A DNA stretch of 41,021 bases from Chiloscyllium plagiosum (Eukaryota), in NCBI RefSeq assembly GCF_004010195.1, contig NC_057720.1, forward strand, positions 26,385,361 through 26,426,381, read 5' to 3'. The position numbers and the translations under genes are program-made. Positions 34,673 to 41,021 of the stretch are shown one piece after another (the first letter of the stretch is position 1; every line of letters begins with the position of its first letter). The notes beneath the pieces were generated by a model. That model was not told the origin of the DNA. It saw nothing but the letters and a program-made list of their open reading frames with translations, and searched no databases.

Positions 34673-35793
34673 TTAGTTAGAGTCATAGAGTCATAGAGAC
34701 GTACAGCATGGACGGGCCAACTCATCCATGTCGACCAGATATCCTAACCTAATCTAGCCCCATTTATCAGCATCTGGACCATATCCATCCAAACCCTTCC
34801 TATTCATATACCCATACAGATGCATTTTAAATGCTGCAATTCTACCAGCCTCCACCACTTCCTCTGACAGCTCATTCCATACATGCACCACCCTCTGTGT
34901 GAAAAAGTTGCCCTTAGGTCTCTTTTATATCTTACCCCTCTCATCCTAAACATATGCCCTCAGGTTCTAGACTACCTCACCCAAGGGGAAAGACCTTTTA
35001 TCCTATCCATACGCCTCATGATTGTTTAACCTCTATAAGGTTACCCCTCAGCATCCAAAGCTCCAGGGCAAACATCTCCATCCTGTTCACCCTCTCCCTA
35101 TAGCTCAAATCCTCCAACCCTGGCAACATCCTTGCAAATCTTTTCTGAACCCTTTCAAGTTTCACAACATCCTTCTAACAGAAAGGAGACAAGAATTGCA
35201 CGCAATATTCAAAAAGTGACTGATCAAATCCTCTGTACAGCCGCAACATGACCTCCTAACTCCTATACTCAATACTCTGACTAATAAAGGAAAGCATACC
35301 AAACACCTTCTTCACTGTCCTATCTACCTGCGACTATACTGTCAATGAACTATGAACCTGCACTCCAAAGTCTCTTTGTTTAGCAACGGTCCTTACGACC
35401 TTACCATTACATGTATAAGTTCTGCTCTGATTTGCCTTTCCAAAATGCAGCACCTCACATTTCTCTAAATTAAACTCCATCTGCCACTCCTCAGCCCACT
35501 GGCTCATCTCATTAAGATCCATTGTAATCTGAGGTAACCTTCTTTGCTGTCCACTACACCTGCAATTTTGGTGCCATCTGCAAACTTACCAACTATGCCT
35601 CATGTTCACATCCAACTCATTTACATAATGGGGCCAGCACCAATCCTTGTGGCACACTACTGGTCACAGGCCTCCAGTCTGAAAGCAACCCTCCACCACC
35701 ACCCTCTGTTTTCTACCTTTGAGCAAGTTCTGTACCCAAATGGCTGGTTGTCTCTGTATTCCATGAGATCTAACCTTGTTAACCAGTCTCCCA
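34673..35793 (-). mobile_element. CR1 LINE, 5'-truncated
   Basis: DLNEMSQWAEEWQMEFNLEKCEVLHFGK; (ctctatga)n tail at about 34675-34700. Confidence 0.92.
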
Positions 35794-36999
35794 TGTTTTT
35801 ACCAGTTTTGCGTCTCATAGTCGTTCAAAGAGCTCTGCCAACTGTACAATGTGATCTTTCCAGGACCTACGAAAGATTACTACATCGTCCAAATAGAATG
35901 CACAGTTTGTTAACCCAGCCACAACTCTGTTCATGAGTTTTTGAGGTGTGGCATGTGCATTCTTCATTTTAAAGGACATCACTTTAAACTGATATAGCCC
36001 TTTGGGGATACAAACGCAGAAATTTCTTTCACCGTCTCTAATAAAGGTACCTGCCAGTAACCACATATTAAGTCCAACTTGGTGATATAACTGGCTTGTC
36101 CTACTTTCTCGATACAGTCCTTCAATGTAGGAATTGGATATGTGTCCAATTTTGTAATGGCATTGACCTTCCAATAATCCACACAGAATTGTTGAATCCC
36201 GTCCAGTTTGGGAACTAAGATGGTTGGCGAACTCCACTCGCTCTGGGTTGGTTCAATGATATCCTCGTCGAGCATGGCCTCCACCTCCATCTGGACCTGT
36301 CTGGCTTTGAAAGGATTAATAGGGGTGTTGTTTTATCGGAGCAGTATTCCCTATATCTACTTCATGTACAGTAGCATTAGTCTTCCCCATCTGATTCTTA
36401 CATATGTCCTTATACAGCAGTAACAAATCTTTCAACTGCGTTCTATTCTCCTGAGACAGATACTTACTAACTTATCCCACTCCTCAAGGACTTCTTCATT
36501 TTTAAATCTATTTTGAGGCACATCAAAATCCACACCTGGATTTGATTCCTCACTCTGCGGGGCAATAATGAACATTTGTTTCTCCAGTTCTTTCTCTCGA
36601 GTATAATACGGTTTCAACATGTTCACATGACATAACCGATACCTTTTTTTTTCTATCTGGTATTTTCACTACATAGCTCACCTGACTCAACTTTTTCTCA
36701 ATTTGATAGGGATCATTAAATGTGGCTATGAAGGGATCTTCTATCACTGGTAACAGTACTAACATATCATCCCCTCGGGAAAATGTCCTAGTCTCAGAGC
36801 TTTTATCTACTACCTGCTTCATTCTATGCTGTGCCTTCTTTCGGTGCTGTTTAGCTAACTCACCTACTCTATTTAATCTCTCCCTCACCTCTGATACATA
36901 ATTTAAGTGTGAGATCTCTGACTTTGGGCTTGTCAATTTTTCTTTAATTAATTTCAAAGGGCCTTTCATTTCATGCCCATATAGTAACTCGAAGGGAGT

Positions 37000-37858
37000 G
37001 TACAAAGTCAAAAATCACACAATGCCAGGTTAAAGTCCAACAGGTTTATTTGGAAGTACTAGCTTGCGGAGCACTGCTCCTTCATCAGATGGGTAGTGCT
37101 CTGAAAGTTAATACTTCCAAATAAACCTGTTGGACTATAACTTGGTGTTGTGTGATTTCTAACTTTGCACACCCCAGTCCAACACGGGCATCTCCAAATC
37201 GTGATTTGGAGGTTAACCTTTAAAGTTAATCTGAGAATGTAACTTTAAAAAAAATGTTTTGTGATTTTGTGGGCGGCACGGTGGCAAGTGGGCGGCACGG
37301 TGGCATAGTGGTCAGCACTGCTGCCTCACAGCGCCAGAGACCCGGGTTCAATTCCTGCCTCAGGCGACTGACTGTGTGGAGTTTGCACATTCTCCCCGTG
37401 TCTGCGTGGGTTTCCTCCGGGTGCTCCGGTTTCCTCCCACAGTCCAAAGATGTGCAGGTCAGGTGAATTGGCCATGCTAAATTGCCCGTAGTGTTAGGTA
37501 AGGGGCAAAGGTAGGGGTATGGGTGGGTTGGGCTTCGGCGGGGCAGTGTGGACTTGTTGGGCCGAAGGACCTGTTTCCACACTGTAAGTAATCTAATCTA
37601 ATCTAATCTAATCTACATATGAAAGAAGTGAAACTAACATGGTCATTCTAACAGATGAGAGACTTAACAAACAATCAAGGTATTTTTTAATGTATAATTT
37701 CAGTTACATCACACTGTAGACTTTTGTTATAAATTCTGTGTCTTACAATTGTGTACTCCACAACTACCTGATGAAGGAGCAGTGCTCTGAAAGCCAGTAC
37801 TTCTAAATAAACATGTTGGACTATAACCTGGTGATTTTTAACTTTGTATCTCCAAATC
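37000..37858 (+). mobile_element. Family B PLE insertion (inverted plus two direct terminal repeats) in the Gmr1 integrase
   Basis: TSD (TC)GAAGGGAGT at 36989-36999 and 37857-37867. Removing the insert restores STQFTPFELLYG. Hammerhead-like motifs at about 37055-37092 (minus) and 37765-37799 (plus). Confidence 0.88.
37269..37615 (+). mobile_element. Young, full-length HE1 V-SINE
   Basis: gggcggcacggtggcatagtggtcagcactgctgcctcacagcgccagagacccGGGTTCAATTCC head, V-domain and (aatct)n tail. CpGs are retained. Confidence 0.92.
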
Positions 37859-40352
37859 GAAGGGAGTAAACTGAGTAGATTCATTTGGGGCATCCCTAAT
37901 GGCAAACACTATGAATGGAATATCTTTATCCATCCATTACTTGGGTAATCCTGACAGTACACTCTCAACATATTCTTCAAGGTCTGATGCCACCTTTTTA
38001 AGCTTACTGGGATTCAGGATGACACGCATTGGATTTAAAGTGCTCTATACCCAAGCGATCCGTAACATCCTTAAACAGCCTAGCAGTAAAATTTGATCCT
38101 TAGTCTACTGAATCTCTCTGGGTAGCCCATACCAAGAAAAGAAAGCTGTTAACTCCTCTCCCACCCTTTTTTACCTTAATACTCAGTAATAGAATTGCCT
38201 CCAGAAATCTGGAGGACATATCCATTATGGTTAACAAGTACTGGTTCCCACTTTTAGTTCTCAGGCGGGGAATTATAACTCATGTGGAAGGTTCTTCAAA
38301 TGCAGGAATTGGCAACAAAGGTGCTGGTTTTATTACCACCTGTGGCTTACCTACCATTTGGCATTAATGAGACACAGCAAATGTTAACCACACCCTTGTA
38401 CATTCCAGGCCAATAAAAATGTTTTTGTACCTTAGCCTGAGTCTTTCATACCCTCCTACAGGTAGCTCATGTGCTACCCTTAACACTTTCTGTCTGTATG
38501 CTACTGGCAACACGATTTTCGGTCCATTTCTCCTTTGCACTAACCTGCTGTGTTCTCCATTTCTGCCTTAGGATTCTATCTTTCAGATAATAACCCCCCG
38601 GAATATTCTCTGCCTCCTTTTCAGAGTACACATCTACATATATATCTTTTATTATCTTGTCTTGCTGTTGTAAGTCTCTTATCTTTCAGAATGAAACACT
38701 TCTGTCTGACCCCCTGCCTGTTCAGGTTTTTCCTGCACCATTATGTCAAACAGGGTGTCCACTAACTGAACCTCAACTCCTTCATCTTTCTCTTTACTTT
38801 TGCTTCGTGCCGTGATTTATGATAGTGGGATCTGGTTACCACACAGTCTCGGAAAATACCAGGATATTTCTGTTTTAACTCCTCAGTTTCTTGGTCTTCA
38901 CTGGGCTTCTCCACAACACTCCCACTTTGGATCCTGCCAAATCATTCCCAAGAACAAACTGATTTCCTGGAACTGACACTCTGTCAATCACTCCCACTGT
39001 AACTTCCCCAATCTTCAGTTGGCACTCCAACCTGATCTTACGTAGGGGAACGCTAAACTTCTGTCCATCTACCCCACAAATTACCATACTCTCAGGTAAC
39101 AGATCAGAAAGAGTGCATACTCGCTCATCCCTTACTATCAGTGACTGGATAGATCCTGTAACTCTCAAAATTATAACATCTTGTCCTTCTCCCCCTGTTC
39201 TTCCTGAGTAAACTTTATCCACAGAGGCAAATTCTTCATAGAGATCAGGTACTAACATCATACCCAATTCCTGCCTACGCTGTGCACTCTCCTGCATCCT
39301 TGGCTCTTCTTGGGGTCTTCTTTACTACCTTCACTAATGCCACACCTCTTCCCACAATGCCTTTCTTTAATGACCAGCACTATTACTTTGTGTGTCCGAC
39401 TTTACCACAGCGGAAACACTTGAGGCCTTTCACCTCCTTTCCACCCTCTTGGGCTTCATTTTTATCCTGTAGTAAATTCTTACCAGTGCTCTCTACTCTT
39501 GGCTTCGCAGTGGAGGATCTCCCTTTCTCCCAACTTCTGTCCCTCACAGGATGACATTCTGGCCGAAAGCTTGTCTTATCCACCAACATGTATTCATCTC
39601 TAATTCTGCTGCCCTTCTCACTTCCTGAACTTTCTGTTCCTCCATGTGAATTCTTACCATCTCTGGAAGTGAGTTTTTAAACTCCTCTAGCAGAATAACC
39701 TCTCTTAGAGCCTCAAAGGTCCTATCTATTTTCAAAGCATGTACCCATCGATCAAAATGACTGTGTTATTTCAAACTCAAATAGTTGAGTTTGAAAGAAT
39801 TTGTGTTTCTGAACTGCTGTTTGTATGCTCCTGGAACCAATTCATAAGTACTTAAAATAGCCTGTTTCACCTCTTCATAATCGCTTGACCTCTCAGCTGA
39901 CAGCATGGCAAATACTGCACTTGCTCTGCCTACCAGTTTAGTCTGATCTAGCATTATTTTAAATCCTCGAACCACTCCATCTGCCTGGCCAATTCTTCAA
40001 ATTAAATAAAGAAGGCTTTAACGTTTCTCATCAAAATGTGGCAGAGTTTTGACATATTTGCATATATCGCTACCTTCTCTTTTAATCTCCATCCTGTTAA
40101 CTTGACTTTGCTGATTAAGTCGCAATTTCTCAAGTTCAAATTCTCTCAAGTTTTGCTCAGCTCAGAACCTTCTCTCTCTGTCTTTTTCCTCTGTCTCTCT
40201 CCCTCCTCTCTCACTTTCTCTTTCTCTCTCCCTCTCTCTTTCCTTTCTCCCTGTTTGTTTATCTTCTAACTCCATTTTCCTCAATTGTAATTTAAGTTTT
40301 TCTACCTCTACTGCTCTTGTCTGTTTCTCTGACACACCTAGGTGTTTGAGTA

Positions 40353-41021
40353 CACAGAACATAGAACATCGAACAGTACAGCACAGAACAGGCCCTTCAG
40401 CTCACGATGTTGTGCCGACCACTGATCCTCATGTATGCACCCTCAAATTTCTGTGACCATATGTATGTTGAGGAGTCTCTTAAATGTCCCCAATGACCCT
40501 GCCTCCACAACTGCTGCTGGCAACGCATTCCATGCTCTCACAACTCTCTGTGTAAAGAACCCACCTCTGACATCCCCTCTATACTTTCCTCCAACCAGCT
40601 TAAAACTATGACCCCTCGTGTTAGTCATTTCTGCCCTGGGAAATAGTCTCTGGCTATTGACTCTATCTATGCCTCTCATCACCTTGTATACCTCAATTAG
40701 GTCCCCTCTTTTCCTCCTTTTCTCCAATGAAAGAAGTCCAAGCTCAGTCAACCTCTCCTTATAAGTTAAGCCCTCCAGTCCAGGCAGCATCCTGGTAAAC
40801 CTCCTCTGAATCCGCTCCAAAGCATCCACATCTTTCTTACAATAGGGTGACCAGAACTGGACACAGTATTCCTAGTGCGGTCTAACCAAAGTTTTATAGA
40901 GCTGCAACAAGATCTCAAGATTCTTAAACTCATTCCCCCTGTTAATGAAAGCCAAAACACCATATGCTTTCTTAACAACCCTGTCCACTTGGGTGGCCAT
41001 TTTAAGGGATCTATGTACCTG
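40353..41021 (-). mobile_element. CR1 LINE 3' part, running off the window
   Basis: ORF 40443-40829 DALERIQRRFTRMLPG...RGDLIEVYK...WNALP. Tail type matches the copy at 2882-3960. Confidence 0.93.

Larger units (their letters stand above)
35795..40352 (-). mobile_element. Gmr1-like Gypsy LTR retrotransposon internal region (gag with SCAN-like CA-CTD and CCHC, protease, integrase, RT), decayed
   Basis: In 5'-3' order: LREVILLEEFKNSLPEMVR (39735-39544), CFRCGKVGHTK**C, protease ILRVTGS (about 39170), integrase (HEL..QKHFYWPG, YLLTIMDMSSRFLEAI, TPFELLYG), then RT (WSSPTILVPK, FCVDYWKVN, LDLICGYWQVPL, YLDD). No LTRs seen. Confidence 0.9.

Noticed and set aside
37280..37360. tRNA gene
   Set aside because: It is the tRNA-derived head of the HE1 SINE and continues into the V-domain and LINE-like tail.
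40162..40262. ERERER coiled-coil host protein
   Set aside because: A CT-rich low-complexity stretch within the Gmr1 gag N-terminus, not a host gene.

Overview
Repeat-dominated eukaryotic DNA, almost certainly from a cartilaginous fish: it has HE1-type V-SINEs and CR1 LINEs with short-repeat tails, and an orectolobiform shark is my inference. No intact host gene is visible. Contents: decayed Rex1/Babar, CR1 and L2 LINEs; four HE1 SINEs; a tRNA-Thr(AGT) pseudogene; a ~2.7 kb 25-bp minisatellite; a Gmr1-type Gypsy element (gag/SCAN-like, PR, INT, RT order) next to a second, conventional Gypsy RH-INT remnant; and many Penelope-like elements (PLEs) from at least two families whose terminal repeats carry minimal hammerhead-ribozyme cores. 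Most notable: (1) a 1.58 kb retrozyme-like PLE derivative with two hammerhead repeats nested inside a related PLE; (2) several small fold-back PLE insertions with 11-16 bp target-site duplications (TSDs); (3) PLE termini that stop at a 3' splice-site-like motif; (4) a candidate 39-nt minus-strand microexon in the longest repeat-poor stretch. Coordinates were read by eye, and boundaries without TSDs are approximate.
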